NCBI GenBank assembly: GCA_038245295.1
Contig: JBBRSP010000001.1
Coordinates: forward strand, 320,001-384,000
DNA from: Candidatus Binatia bacterium
GTDB lineage: Bacteria > Desulfobacterota > Binatia > HRBIN30
Length of the DNA stretch: 64,000 nt
Direction: 5' to 3'
Each line of letters opens with the position of its first letter. Position 1 is the first letter of the stretch. Positions 19,772 to 29,905 of the stretch are shown here, piece by piece. Position numbers and translations under genes: made by a program. The notes beneath the pieces were generated by a model that saw nothing but the letters and a program-made list of their open reading frames with translations, made no database searches and was not told the origin of the DNA.

Positions 19772-21724
19772 TCAACGAGTCGTCGCCGTTGCCGGCCGCG
19801 CCTCAATCTTCGCGCTCAGAGTCAACGGCTTGCCGTCGCGCTGTAAGGACAACTCAACCGACGAGTCGATGCCCAACACGTAGAGCCACTTCTGGAAATC
19901 GCCGACGGCGCCGAGCTTGTGGCCGTTGAGGGCGAGCAGGAAGTCGCCTTTCTGCACGCCGGCCTGTGTCGCCGGACTCGGCTCGAACACGTTGTCGATG
20001 TAGACGCCGCTCTCCGGAATTGTGACGCTGTCGGCCTTGGCTCCGAGTTGTTGCCGCAGCAGCAGGAGCTCGAGCACCGAGACGCCGATCCACGGCGACC
20101 GATCACTTTGGGCCACCTTGAGGGCTTCGGTGAGGTTCAGCACGAGATTGATGGGTAGGATTGGTGTCGTCAGCGGCCCGATGGGCAGTCCATTGGCGGA
20201 TGGGTTCTGACGCAGGCCGATGCTGAGGCCGACGACGCGTCCGAAGATGTCGACGATCGGTCCACCCAGACCACCAGGCGGCACGATCAGCGAGCTTTGC
20301 ACCAACGTCGCCGACATTTGTTCCTGGTAACACTGCCGCTGCGCCCCGGCGGAGACGACACCGACCGTGAATACCGCTTCCGGTCCAGGCGGATCCCCGA
20401 GGGCGATCAGCCAATGCCCGGCCTGTAATCGGTCGCTGTCCGCGAACGTCGGCTCTGGCTCGGCGAAGGTCCACGCCGGATCGGCAATGTGTAGGATCGC
20501 CAAATCGAGACTTGGCTCGGCGCCGATGATCTTGGCGACAAAGCGTCGTTGATCGTGCAGCTCGACGCTGACGAACTCGGCGAGTGTGCCGTTCTCGTCG
20601 CGCACGAGATGATCACACGACAAAATGTAGCCTTGATCATCGACAAGAAATCCACTGCCCGAACGCAGTCGACGAAAACCCGGGAAGAGGGGCTCGTCTT
20701 CGGTGGTGTGCGACCAGCCGCTCGCTGGCGTGCCGCCGCCGGCCGACGGATTCGGTGCGGTGACGGCACGAGCATAACTCGACACGCCGACGACGCGCGG
20801 AAACAGCCGATCGGCCACCGCCGCAAAACTATCCTGCAGTTCTATCGCCGTCGTCAGCCCGGCCGTTGTGGCAGTGCCTTGACCGGCCAGGGGCGCGACC
20901 CCTTCGCCGGTCGAGAAATTGAGTCGGAAATAGTCGATCCAATTCGGCGTGGCGTCCGGGTGGGCCGGACGCAGGCGTGCCAACAGCTCCTCATTCGAGG
21001 ATGTGGCAAGATCCTCCAAGCCGAACTTGATACTTGCGGGCGGGCGTTTGGGCTCGAACTCGACGCGTAACGTCATCAGGAAAAAGGCGACGTCCCACAA
21101 CTCCTGTTCCGTATAGGCGTCGGAGTAAGACGGCATCGCCGTGCTGGCGACACCCAGAGCGACAGCGCGATACGCCTGGCGCGGCGACAGCCGCTCGAGA
21201 AACAAGCCACGAAACGCCGTTGAGGCTGGCTGCAAGCCGCCGGAGGAAGGTCCATCGCCGCCACCGGTGGGCCCATGGCAGCTGGCGCAGTCGTTCGTGT
21301 AGCGGCGTCGCCCGTTGGCAATATTGGGTGGGACAATCGGCAGAGCGGTGGCGCCGAGGGCTTGCGATAACAGCGGGACGACGGCGCGACTGGCAAGCCA
21401 AACCGCTTGGCTCGAGGCGCGGTCGGTGATGAGTGTCTCCAGATCGGCGAGGCTTTTGGCGACGGCGTCGGGCTTTGGATGGTTCGCATGGTACTCGTGC
21501 ACGACCTGTCGCGTCAGCCTCAGGGCCTCGCCGTACTCGGCCTGGTCGACAATGTTACCGTCACGCACGGCGCGATCGTAATCCGTGCCCACATACTCGA
21601 TCAGGTAGACGAGGCGGTGTGAGTCGGCTTTGGGCGGCGCGGCCGATTGGGTGGCGTGCGCCGCCGTGATGGAAAGCAGCAGGCCGGCGACGACAGACGC
21701 GATGCGGTTCAGGGCGATGAACAT
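19772..21724 (-). CDS. Fusion of a PbrT/FTR1-type N-terminal helical + cytochrome c domain with an HtrA/DegP-like trypsin-PDZ module
   Basis: LIEYVGTDYDRAVRDG..AEY, CASCH, MPSY, GSGFLVD, SCDHLV, DLAIL, PPGGLGGP, PDZ SPATQAGVQKGD. Confidence 0.8.
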   Translation of the reverse strand: MFIALNRIASVVAGLLLSITAAHATQSAAPPKADSHRLVYLIEYVGTDYDRAVRDGNIVDQAEYGEALRLTRQVVHEYHANHPKPDAVAKSLADLETLITDRASSQAVWLASRAVVPLLSQALGATALPIVPPNIANGRRRYTNDCASCHGPTGGGDGPSSGGLQPASTAFRGLFLERLSPRQAYRAVALGVASTAMPSYSDAYTEQELWDVAFFLMTLRVEFEPKRPPASIKFGLEDLATSSNEELLARLRPAHPDATPNWIDYFRLNFSTGEGVAPLAGQGTATTAGLTTAIELQDSFAAVADRLFPRVVGVSSYARAVTAPNPSAGGGTPASGWSHTTEDEPLFPGFRRLRSGSGFLVDDQGYILSCDHLVRDENGTLAEFVSVELHDQRRFVAKIIGAEPSLDLAILHIADPAWTFAEPEPTFADSDRLQAGHWLIALGDPPGPEAVFTVGVVSAGAQRQCYQEQMSATLVQSSLIVPPGGLGGPIVDIFGRVVGLSIGLRQNPSANGLPIGPLTTPILPINLVLNLTEALKVAQSDRSPWIGVSVLELLLLRQQLGAKADSVTIPESGVYIDNVFEPSPATQAGVQKGDFLLALNGHKLGAVGDFQKWLYVLGIDSSVELSLQRDGKPLTLSAKIEARPATATTR

Positions 21725-21927
21725 ATGTCGGCGACGGTATCACGCGTTGCGTATCGTACGCGAGATTCCCGGCGCGCCTCCAAATCTGCCGCAAGCGGAA
21801 ACTTGCGCCTACCGAGGCCGGAAGGGTAGGCGCGGGCTTCAGCCTGCGCTGGACGCCAGACAGTGGCGCGTCCCCACTTGTGGAGCTAGTTTCGCCGGGC
21901 CGAATTGACCACGAACTGGAGGCGCAC

Positions 21928-23346
21928 ATGTCGGAAGGACCTTTGGGCAAACTCTACCCCTACGCCGAGCGTTACGGCGTCAACGACAAGCTCCCGGCCA
22001 AGGGACGCAGCCGTGAGGATGTTCTGCGCGAGCTGCAGGAGATGGCCAAAGCCGAAGACGGCTTCTGGCAGACCGGTAAGTGCTCCGGAACGATGTACTG
22101 CGGCGACATGTCGCACTACGAGTTTCTCAACGAGGCATTCTCGTTGTATTCCCACGTCAACGCCTTGCAGCGCGATATGTGCCCCAGCGCGACTCGCTTC
22201 GAAGGCGAGATCGCCGCAATGGCCCTCGACTTGATGCACGGCGACGCTGTGAAGTCGCATCATCCCGACGACAATCCCTGCGGCTCGGTAACCAGCGGCG
22301 GCACCGAGAGCATCATGAGTGCGGTGCTCGCCTATCGCGAACGCGGCCGCACGCGCGGCATCACTCAGCCGGAAATGATCATGCCGGTGACGGCGCACCC
22401 GGCGTTCGAAAAGGGCGCGCACCTTTTCAATGTGAAGTTGCTGTTGGCGCCGGTCGATCCGCAGACGACACTCGTCGATGTCGATTGGGTGAAGCAGAAC
22501 ATCAATGAGAACACGGTGATGTTGGTCGGCTCGGCCGGCAACTATCCGTATGGGACGATCGATCCGATCAGCGAGCTCTCCGAGTTGGCCGTGAAACACG
22601 ACGTCGGGCTCCACGTCGACGGTTGCCTCGGCGGCTTCATCCTGCCGTTCGGTCAGGAGCTGGGGTACGACATCCCGGTATTCGACTTCCGCCTGCCGGG
22701 TGTGACGTCGATCTCGGCCGACACGCACAAGTATGGCTACGGCCTCAAGGGTACGTCGACCCTGTTGTTCCGCGATCAGTCGATTCGCCAGCATCTGTAT
22801 TTCATGAGCCTCGAATGGCCCGGCGGTAAATACTTCTCGCCCGGTTTGGCGGGCAGCCGCTCCGGTGGCATGTTGGCCACGGCGTGGGCCTCGATGGTCA
22901 GCCTGGGTAGGGAAGGGTATCTCAAGTACGCCAAGCAGATCTTTGAAGCCGCGTTTGCGATGCAGAAGGCGGTGCTCAGCCACAAAGAGCTGCGCATGAT
23001 GGGCAAGCCGACGTTCTGCTTCTCGTTCACCTCGGAGGTGTTCGACATCTACCACATCAATGATTTCATGAAGACGCGCGGCTGGCGCTTCAACGGGCAG
23101 CAGTACCCGAATGCCATGCACATGTGCACGACGCGGCCGCAAACCCAGCCCGGCGTCGTCGAGTCCTTCACCAAAGATCTTGCCGACGCGGTGCAGTACG
23201 CGCTGAAGCCGGATCGTGACATGCCGGCAACCGGCGCCGTCTACGGCGGTGTGCCCAAAGGTGTGCCGGAGATCCAGAAGTACGTCACCGATTTCATGGT
23301 CGGTTTCCTCGACGCGTCGCAGGCGGTGCCGCCGAAGCAGGGCTGA
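21928..23346 (+). CDS. PLP-dependent sphingosine-1-phosphate lyase-like protein (group II decarboxylase family)
   Basis: TSGGTESI, AHPAFEKGA, HVDGCLGGF, SISADTHKYGYGLKGTS, GSRSGG. Confidence 0.88.
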   Translation: MSEGPLGKLYPYAERYGVNDKLPAKGRSREDVLRELQEMAKAEDGFWQTGKCSGTMYCGDMSHYEFLNEAFSLYSHVNALQRDMCPSATRFEGEIAAMALDLMHGDAVKSHHPDDNPCGSVTSGGTESIMSAVLAYRERGRTRGITQPEMIMPVTAHPAFEKGAHLFNVKLLLAPVDPQTTLVDVDWVKQNINENTVMLVGSAGNYPYGTIDPISELSELAVKHDVGLHVDGCLGGFILPFGQELGYDIPVFDFRLPGVTSISADTHKYGYGLKGTSTLLFRDQSIRQHLYFMSLEWPGGKYFSPGLAGSRSGGMLATAWASMVSLGREGYLKYAKQIFEAAFAMQKAVLSHKELRMMGKPTFCFSFTSEVFDIYHINDFMKTRGWRFNGQQYPNAMHMCTTRPQTQPGVVESFTKDLADAVQYALKPDRDMPATGAVYGGVPKGVPEIQKYVTDFMVGFLDASQAVPPKQG

Positions 23347-23356
23347 GAGATCGGTA

Positions 23357-23501
23357 CCCTTACCCCAACCCTCTCCCGCGAGTGAGAAAACCACGCGGGA
23401 GAGGGGGGCGTCTGTTTAGCCAGAGTCTGGCACCCAAGAACTCCCTCGCCCCGCTCGAGCGGGACCTTTATGCGCGGGGAGAGAGTCAGGGGGGGGGGGG
23501 G
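23357..23501. repeat. Pair of CCCTCTCCC...GGGAGAGGG palindromic REP-like units, ending in a G13 tract
   Basis: ccctctcccgcg (23369-23380)/cgcgggagaggg (23394-23405); second degenerate unit 23441-23501. Confidence 0.6.
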
Positions 23502-23549
23502 ATTAAGCAGGCTTGACTGATTTATTCTAATCGGATATCTCGGCCGGGC

Positions 23550-24149
23550 ATGCGTAGCGGGGCGACTCCGAAACAGGAACGCAGCACGGCGATGCGCCAA
23601 CGCCTTTTGGCATCGGCCATCGCGTGTCTGTGCACGGAAGGGTATGCCGGGACGACGACGCTCGAAGTCGGTGCTCGTGCCGGTGTATCGCGCGGTGCGT
23701 TGCTGTACCACTTCCCAACCCGCGAACAGCTCGTCGCCGGAGCGGTCGAACATCTCTTTGCCGAGCTGCGCGAGGACTTCGCCAAACGGTTCGCCCGCCT
23801 GGCGCCTGGCGCGGATCGCCTGGATGCGGCGATCAATCTGCTGTGGAAGGTGTTTCAGGATGTACGTCTCGCCGCCGTGCTCGATCTGTACGTTGCCGCG
23901 CGCACCGATAAGGGCTTGCATGCGACGCTGCTCCCTGTAGCGCAGGCGCATCACGATCACGTTCTTGGCCTGGCGCGGGCGTTTTTCCCCGAAGCGGCGG
24001 CGAGCCAGGATCTGCGCGACACCACGAACCTGCTGCTCGATACGCTGCAAGGGATGGCCATTCGCAAGCTGATCCGCCCCGCCGATCGGTCGCCGAGCCG
24101 AACCCTTGCCATGCTCAAGCAATTGGCCGCTGCCGTGGCCGCGACCTGA
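23550..24149 (+). CDS. TetR/AcrR family transcriptional regulator
   Basis: GYAGTTTLEVGARAGVSRGALLYHFPTRE helix-turn-helix. Confidence 0.92.
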   Translation: MRSGATPKQERSTAMRQRLLASAIACLCTEGYAGTTTLEVGARAGVSRGALLYHFPTREQLVAGAVEHLFAELREDFAKRFARLAPGADRLDAAINLLWKVFQDVRLAAVLDLYVAARTDKGLHATLLPVAQAHHDHVLGLARAFFPEAAASQDLRDTTNLLLDTLQGMAIRKLIRPADRSPSRTLAMLKQLAAAVAAT

Positions 24150-24158
24150 AGGAGTCGG

Positions 24159-25055
24159 ATGATGTTGGTCATGTATGCCATTCCCGCATTCGTCGTCCTG
24201 ATGATCGTCGAGGCGCTGGTTCTCTCGCCTTGGGGCGGCACGGCGCCGCGTGCTCGGCGGCGAGGCTATGAGGGGCGCGATACGGCGGCGAGTCTGGCAA
24301 TGGGCCTGGGCAACGTCGTGATCGGCGTTGCGACACAGGCGTCGCGCATCGCGCTGATGATCTGGATCTATCAGTTTCGCCTTTTCGATATGGGCACCGG
24401 CGTTGTTGCCTGGGCCATCGTGCTGATCGGCGAAGATTTTACCTATTACTGGTGGCATCGGGCGTCGCACGAGATCCGTTTCATGTGGGCGGCGCACGAG
24501 AACCATCACTCTAGCCAGCACTACAACTTGTCGACGGCACTGCGGCAGTCGTGGACCACGCCGTTTACGACCTTGCTCTTCTATGCGCCGTTACCGCTGC
24601 TTGGTTTCAATCCGGCAATGCTGGCCGTCGCCAGCACGATCAGCTTGCTTTATCAGTTCTGGATCCACACCGAAGTCATCGATCGCCTCGGGCCTCTCGA
24701 ACAGGTCTTCAACACGCCGTCGCACCACCGCGTGCATCACGGTTCCAACATCGAGTACCTCGACCGCAATCACGCCGGCATCCTGATCATCTGGGATCGC
24801 CTGTTCGGCACCTTCGAGCCTGAAGTCGCGGCGGTTCGCTACGGGCTCACCAAGAACATCGACACGTTCAACCCCGTGCGAATCGCCTTCCTTGAATGGG
24901 CTCAGCTGGTTCGCGACGTCCGTTGCGCTACCACCTGGCGCGCCCGTCTCGGCTACATCTTCTGCGCGCCGGGATGGAAGCCGGACGGCGCCTCGACGAC
25001 GTCGCGCCTGCTGCGCGAGCGTCGCACGCAGCTTTCAGGCGTCGGGGAGTTTTAA
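24159..25055 (+). CDS. Sterol desaturase / fatty acid hydroxylase family (alkylglycerol monooxygenase-like)
   Basis: His boxes YYWWHRASH, AHENHHSS, QFWIHTE, PSHHRVHHG, WDRLFGTF. Confidence 0.9.
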   Translation: MMLVMYAIPAFVVLMIVEALVLSPWGGTAPRARRRGYEGRDTAASLAMGLGNVVIGVATQASRIALMIWIYQFRLFDMGTGVVAWAIVLIGEDFTYYWWHRASHEIRFMWAAHENHHSSQHYNLSTALRQSWTTPFTTLLFYAPLPLLGFNPAMLAVASTISLLYQFWIHTEVIDRLGPLEQVFNTPSHHRVHHGSNIEYLDRNHAGILIIWDRLFGTFEPEVAAVRYGLTKNIDTFNPVRIAFLEWAQLVRDVRCATTWRARLGYIFCAPGWKPDGASTTSRLLRERRTQLSGVGEF

Positions 25056-25145
25056 CAGGATGGACAGGATAGACAGGATACCCGCACAACCCGCGCCTAG
25101 GCCGGAACCGAATTCGGCTGTAGGGGCGGTTCGGGAACCGCCGGG
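25055..25145. repeat. 9-nt tandem repeat (ACAGGATRG x3) followed by a GTAG-type REP
   Basis: acaggatggacaggatagacaggata 25055-25080; gtaggggcggttcgggaaccgcc 25120-25142. Confidence 0.6.
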
Positions 25146-25248
25146 TTCTGCCATCCGTAGCTTCAGCGTCGGACGGGCCTGTTGAAAAGTCCGACGCTCG
25201 TTGAGCTGCCCTCGACACGCTATCCGAAATCCGACATCGTACGTCAAC

Positions 25249-27507
25249 GTGTATTGGCCTTCCTGTAATCGAGTCCTGTCTTTCGTTCTGGCGCTGCCGT
25301 TCGTCGCCCTGACGGCGTGGGGGGCGGAGACGCCCACCGGTATAGCCGGCGGCGCTCTCGCCGACCTGAAGGGGCGAGCGGCGCAAGTACGTGCGGATCG
25401 GGTCCAGCTGCAAGTGCAGATGGATGAACTGCGCCGCGCCATCAAATCCGCCGGCGGCGATGTTCCCGAGTCGCTGAGTCAGGAAGCGGCGCTGTTGCAG
25501 CGCATCGACCTCCTGCTGTCGCAGGAGACGTCGGCCCTCCACCAGGCCGAGGAAATGGCACAACGGCAGGAACAGCTGCAGGACGAGCTTTCGCACATGC
25601 GCGCGGCGGGTGTGCCCGAGACGCCACCGTACTCGATTGTCTTCCTCGACGAGATTCAAGACGAGATCGACCTGGCGCAGACCCAAGTGCGCAGCGACGA
25701 AGCCAGCGTCACGGCGGCGACGGAAGCTGTCGATCAGGCACGCCAGGAACAAGACGTGCGCGAGCGCGCTCGTCGTGCCGCCAAAGAGGGGCTCGAGACC
25801 AATACCGATCTGGCTCGATCCGCCGCCCTCGACGCCGCCCTGCGGGCCGCGCAACTCGAGGCGCGCGCTTCGAACGAGACGCTGCGTTTGCGTGAGGTCG
25901 AGCTGTCGAACGAAACGGCGCTGCGCGACATTGATCGCCAGCGGCTGGTTGTCATGCAGGAGAAGGCTGCCTTCGTCGGCAAAGACGCTTGTCTGGTGAA
26001 AGACGACCTCGACAAGCAGGTGAGCGCCGTCGACAAGGACGAAACCGAACTGCAGCGCACCCTCGCGGCGGCCAGGCGTGAGTTGGACACTGCCGAGCGG
26101 CGCATGATGATGGCTCAGCAGCGGGTCGATCAGGACGGTAGCTCCGATCCCGTCCGCGCCGCCGAGGTCGCGGCGCGCCGTACCGCCTTGGAGACGCTGC
26201 AACTCGAAGTTCGCAGCCTGACCCAGCGTCTGCAGCGCTCCGCTGAGATCCGCCAGGTGTGGGAGCGGCGCTACCAGGTGTCGGAGGATCCACCGGCGCA
26301 GGCGCAACTCAACGGCTGGCTGCGCGAAGCCGAGGCGGCGGTCGAACAACTCGGTCGCGAGGAACGCGTGCAGCGGAGCCGGCTCACGCAGCTGCACCAG
26401 ACCGCAAAAACCCTCCAGCAACAGATCGATGACACCGCGCAACCAGCGCCCGAAGTGGCACGCTGGCTGATCGATCAGCAGGGCCGTTTCCAAGAACAGA
26501 CGACGACGTATGAGTCGCTCCTGACGAGTATCGAGACGGCGCGCCATCTGCAGGAGAAGCTCGTCAAACAGATCGAGCAACATTCGACGCGCCTGTCGCT
26601 GCGCGAAAGGTTGCGCGATCTTCGCGACGTTGGCCGAGCCGCGTGGAACTACGAGCTGACCTCCGTCGAGGATCGGCCGATTACGGTTGGTAAGATTGCT
26701 CTCGGCGCGTTGCTGGTCAGCCTCGGATTCTGGTTTGCGAGCTTCTTTTCGACGCTACTGGGTCGACGGCTGCTGCCTCGACTGGGACTCGATGCGCGTG
26801 CTGCCTCGATACTGCAATCGGTGGTCTTCTACGTCCTGCTCTCGGGCCTGTTCCTGATCGTCCTCAACGTGATCAACGTTCCACTGACGGTGTTTACCTT
26901 CGTCGGCGGCGCCGTCGCCATCGGCGTCGGCTTTGGAAGCCAGAACATCGTCAACAACTTCATCAGCGGGCTCATTCTGATGGCCGAACGGCCCATCAAG
27001 CTGGGCGACGTCGTGACGGTTGACGGTACCAAAGGGACGGTGGAACACATCGGGCCACGCAGCACACGTGTGCTCGGCGAAGGCAACATCGACATCATCA
27101 TCCCGAACAGCGTCTTTCTCGAGCGCAACGTCGTCAACTGGACCCTGTCGACCGACTCGATTCGGACGCACGTGTCGGTGGGAGTTGCGTGCGGATCGGA
27201 CGTCCAATTGGTCAGCTCACTGCTGCGCCTGGCCGTGGCCGAGAACGAAAAGATCCTCAAGCAACCCGAGCCGTTCGTGTTGTTTACGGACTTCGCGGAG
27301 AGCGCTCTGCAGTTGGAAATTCAGTTCTGGATTCGTGTGCGCTCGCCGCTCGACGAAAAACTGGCGCAGAGTGAGGTGCGCTTCGCGGTCGATCGCCTAT
27401 TCAGACAGGAGAAGATCGAGGTCGCTTTTCCGCAGCGCGACCTTCATTTGCGCGCCGCGACCCCGATCGCCGTTCACCTGGTTGAGAAGGAGGAGGGCGA
27501 GAAATGA
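25249..27507 (+). CDS. MscS-family mechanosensitive channel with long periplasmic coiled coil (MscK-like)
   Basis: GGAVAIGVGFGSQNIVNNFISGLILMAERPIKLGD, IIIPNS, FPQRDLH; start uncertain. Confidence 0.88.
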   Translation: MYWPSCNRVLSFVLALPFVALTAWGAETPTGIAGGALADLKGRAAQVRADRVQLQVQMDELRRAIKSAGGDVPESLSQEAALLQRIDLLLSQETSALHQAEEMAQRQEQLQDELSHMRAAGVPETPPYSIVFLDEIQDEIDLAQTQVRSDEASVTAATEAVDQARQEQDVRERARRAAKEGLETNTDLARSAALDAALRAAQLEARASNETLRLREVELSNETALRDIDRQRLVVMQEKAAFVGKDACLVKDDLDKQVSAVDKDETELQRTLAAARRELDTAERRMMMAQQRVDQDGSSDPVRAAEVAARRTALETLQLEVRSLTQRLQRSAEIRQVWERRYQVSEDPPAQAQLNGWLREAEAAVEQLGREERVQRSRLTQLHQTAKTLQQQIDDTAQPAPEVARWLIDQQGRFQEQTTTYESLLTSIETARHLQEKLVKQIEQHSTRLSLRERLRDLRDVGRAAWNYELTSVEDRPITVGKIALGALLVSLGFWFASFFSTLLGRRLLPRLGLDARAASILQSVVFYVLLSGLFLIVLNVINVPLTVFTFVGGAVAIGVGFGSQNIVNNFISGLILMAERPIKLGDVVTVDGTKGTVEHIGPRSTRVLGEGNIDIIIPNSVFLERNVVNWTLSTDSIRTHVSVGVACGSDVQLVSSLLRLAVAENEKILKQPEPFVLFTDFAESALQLEIQFWIRVRSPLDEKLAQSEVRFAVDRLFRQEKIEVAFPQRDLHLRAATPIAVHLVEKEEGEK

Positions 27508-27875
27508 CTGAACATCGAGGCGGCTGCCACTGCGGCCGCGTGCGTTTCGTTGTGCGGCGCGAGATCGAGCGCGTCAGCGAGTGCAACTGCTCGGTCTGTA
27601 CCAAAAAGGGCATCCTGCATTGGCTTGTCGAGAAAGGCGAATTCACCCTGGAGAGCGGTGCCGACGCGTTGTCGACCTACACGTTCAACACCGGCGTCGC
27701 CAAACATCACTTCTGCAAGTTCTGCGGCATCGCCGCCTTCTACATTCCGCGCTCCGACCCGGACCGCATCGACGTCAACGTGCGCTGCCTCGATAACGTC
27801 GACCTCAGCGGCTATCCGACGACGCGCTTCGACGGGCGGAACTGGGAGAAGTCGATTCACTCCTTCGAACGTTAG
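27504..27875 (+). CDS. GFA/CENP-V family protein
   Basis: GGCHCGRVRF, CNCSVC, HHFCKFCG, VNVRCLD. Confidence 0.92.
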   Translation: MTEHRGGCHCGRVRFVVRREIERVSECNCSVCTKKGILHWLVEKGEFTLESGADALSTYTFNTGVAKHHFCKFCGIAAFYIPRSDPDRIDVNVRCLDNVDLSGYPTTRFDGRNWEKSIHSFER

Positions 27876-27968
27876 GGGCGGGTCACGAGCCGCCGCCGCG
27901 ATGTCCCCACCGGCGGCTAAGAAGCAACCGGTTGCCGCTGCCGCGCATCGTCGCTACCTTCGACGGCC

Positions 27969-29894
27969 GTGCTGACAGTTACCGGATTACAGAAACGCTT
28001 CGGCGGCCAGATCGTTCTCGATTCGGTCAATTGGTTTGTTCCGTCCAACGGACGTGTCGCTCTGGTCGGCGCCAATGGATCTGGGAAGTCGACGTTCCTG
28101 CGCATGATCGCGCGGCATGCCGAGCCCGACGCTGGTTCGATCAACCTGCCGAAGGGCGCTACCATTGGTTACCTGCAGCAGGAGGTCTTTGGACTCTCAG
28201 AGCGGTCCGTAATGGAAGAGACGCTGAGCGCCTTTGCGCATCTGCACGAGATCGAAGACACCTGCCGGCGTCTCGAGCACGAGATGTCGGACCTTCCGGC
28301 CGATGATCCGCGCCACGACGAAGTGATGCAGGCCTATTCCGAAGCGCGTGAGGCCTGGGACGCGCACGGCAGTTACGATCTCGACAGCCGTACGGAAAAT
28401 GTTCTGACCGGTCTCGGCTTCAGCAGCGCCGACTTCACGCGCTCGTGCACGACGTTCTCCGGTGGTTGGCAGATGCGTATCGCCCTCGCCAAGTTGCTGT
28501 TACAGCAACCAAGCCTCTTGCTGCTCGATGAGCCGACCAACCACCTCGACCTCGAAGCGCGCAATTGGCTCGAGGACTTCCTGCGGACGTATCCGGGAAG
28601 CGTCATCCTGGTTGCGCATGATCGCTATTTCCTCGATCAGACCGTCAACCACGTTTCCGAGCTGTCGCGTGGCAAGCTCACCGACTTCGACTGCAACTAC
28701 AGCCGCTATCTCGAAGAGAAGGTCGAGCGCCAGCAGCTGCAGGAGCAGGCCTACCGGCTGCAGCAGGAAGAGATCGAGCGCATCGAAGCCTTCGTCAGTC
28801 GCTTCCGGGCGCAGGCATCAAAAGCGGCGTTGGTGCAGAGCCGCATCAAGCAACTCGAGAAGATCGAGCGCCTAAGCCCGCCGGAAGGCATGCGCACCGT
28901 GCACTTCCGCTTTCCACAGCCGGAGCGCAGTGGGCGCATGGTGCTCGAGATGCAGGGCGCCGCCAAGAGTTATGGCGACATCTGTGTCTATCGTGATGCC
29001 ACTTTGGCGATCGAGCGTGGCAAGAAGGTGGCACTGGTCGGACCCAACGGCGCCGGCAAATCGACGCTGATGCGCATGATGGCCGGAACCGAACCGCTCG
29101 ATTCCGGTGAGCGGCGTGCCGGTCACAATGTGCAGATCAGTTACTTCGCCCAGGATCGCGGCGCCAGTCTGGATCCGGATCGCTCGGTGCTGGAAACGGT
29201 GACGTCAGCCGCCCCGATGGATCTCGTCCCCTACGTACGCGGCTTGCTCGGGTCGTTTCTGTTCAGCGGCGATGCTGTACACAAGAAGGTGCGCGTGCTG
29301 AGCGGTGGCGAGCGCAGTCGCCTCGCCCTGGCGTTGCTGCTGTTGCGGCCGACCAACTGTCTGCTGCTCGACGAGCCCACCAATCACCTCGACCTGGCGG
29401 CCAAGGAAGTGCTGCTCGGCGCCTTGCAGGGGTACAACGGCACCCTCATCTTCGTCGCCCACGATCGCTACTTCCTCGATCATCTGCCGAGCGAGGTGCT
29501 CGAGGCCGGGCATGGGACGACGACGAGTTATCTGGGCGACTACCACTCGTACCTTGCCAAGAAAGAAGCCGAATTGGTGACGCCCGCCGCGCCGGTTGTC
29601 GCAACACGTCCGACCGTTGCCGCTCCGCCACCTTCGAGCAATGGCGCCGCACGCGACCGTGAGGCCGAGAAGAAAGTCGCCAAAGAGAAGCAAAAGCGCG
29701 AACGGGAGCTGGCCGCGTTGATGCAGGAGATCGAAGGCAAGGAGACGACGCTCGGCGAGATGACGCAGCTGATCAACGATCCAAACTTCTACATGCAGAG
29801 CAAGAATCCACAGGCCACCTACAGTGAGTTCGCCAAGCTCAAGGACGAGATCGCCAAGCTGTACACCAGGATGGAACGGCTTGGGGAAGAGTGA
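27969..29894 (+). CDS. ABC-F family ATPase
   Basis: Two ABC domains (GANGSGKST/FSGGW/LDEPTNHLD; GPNGAGKST/LSGGE/LDEPTNHLD), no TM helices, C-terminal coiled coil. Confidence 0.93.
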   Translation: MLTVTGLQKRFGGQIVLDSVNWFVPSNGRVALVGANGSGKSTFLRMIARHAEPDAGSINLPKGATIGYLQQEVFGLSERSVMEETLSAFAHLHEIEDTCRRLEHEMSDLPADDPRHDEVMQAYSEAREAWDAHGSYDLDSRTENVLTGLGFSSADFTRSCTTFSGGWQMRIALAKLLLQQPSLLLLDEPTNHLDLEARNWLEDFLRTYPGSVILVAHDRYFLDQTVNHVSELSRGKLTDFDCNYSRYLEEKVERQQLQEQAYRLQQEEIERIEAFVSRFRAQASKAALVQSRIKQLEKIERLSPPEGMRTVHFRFPQPERSGRMVLEMQGAAKSYGDICVYRDATLAIERGKKVALVGPNGAGKSTLMRMMAGTEPLDSGERRAGHNVQISYFAQDRGASLDPDRSVLETVTSAAPMDLVPYVRGLLGSFLFSGDAVHKKVRVLSGGERSRLALALLLLRPTNCLLLDEPTNHLDLAAKEVLLGALQGYNGTLIFVAHDRYFLDHLPSEVLEAGHGTTTSYLGDYHSYLAKKEAELVTPAAPVVATRPTVAAPPPSSNGAARDREAEKKVAKEKQKRERELAALMQEIEGKETTLGEMTQLINDPNFYMQSKNPQATYSEFAKLKDEIAKLYTRMERLGEE

Positions 29895-29905
29895 AGAGTG
29901 AAACG

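Noticed and set aside
25176..25195. gcctgttgaaaa as an IS terminal repeat
   Set aside because: Single short match with no partner end or transposase
27969..29894. Antibiotic-resistance ABC-F
   Set aside because: Nothing distinguishes it from housekeeping ABC-F proteins without a phylogeny
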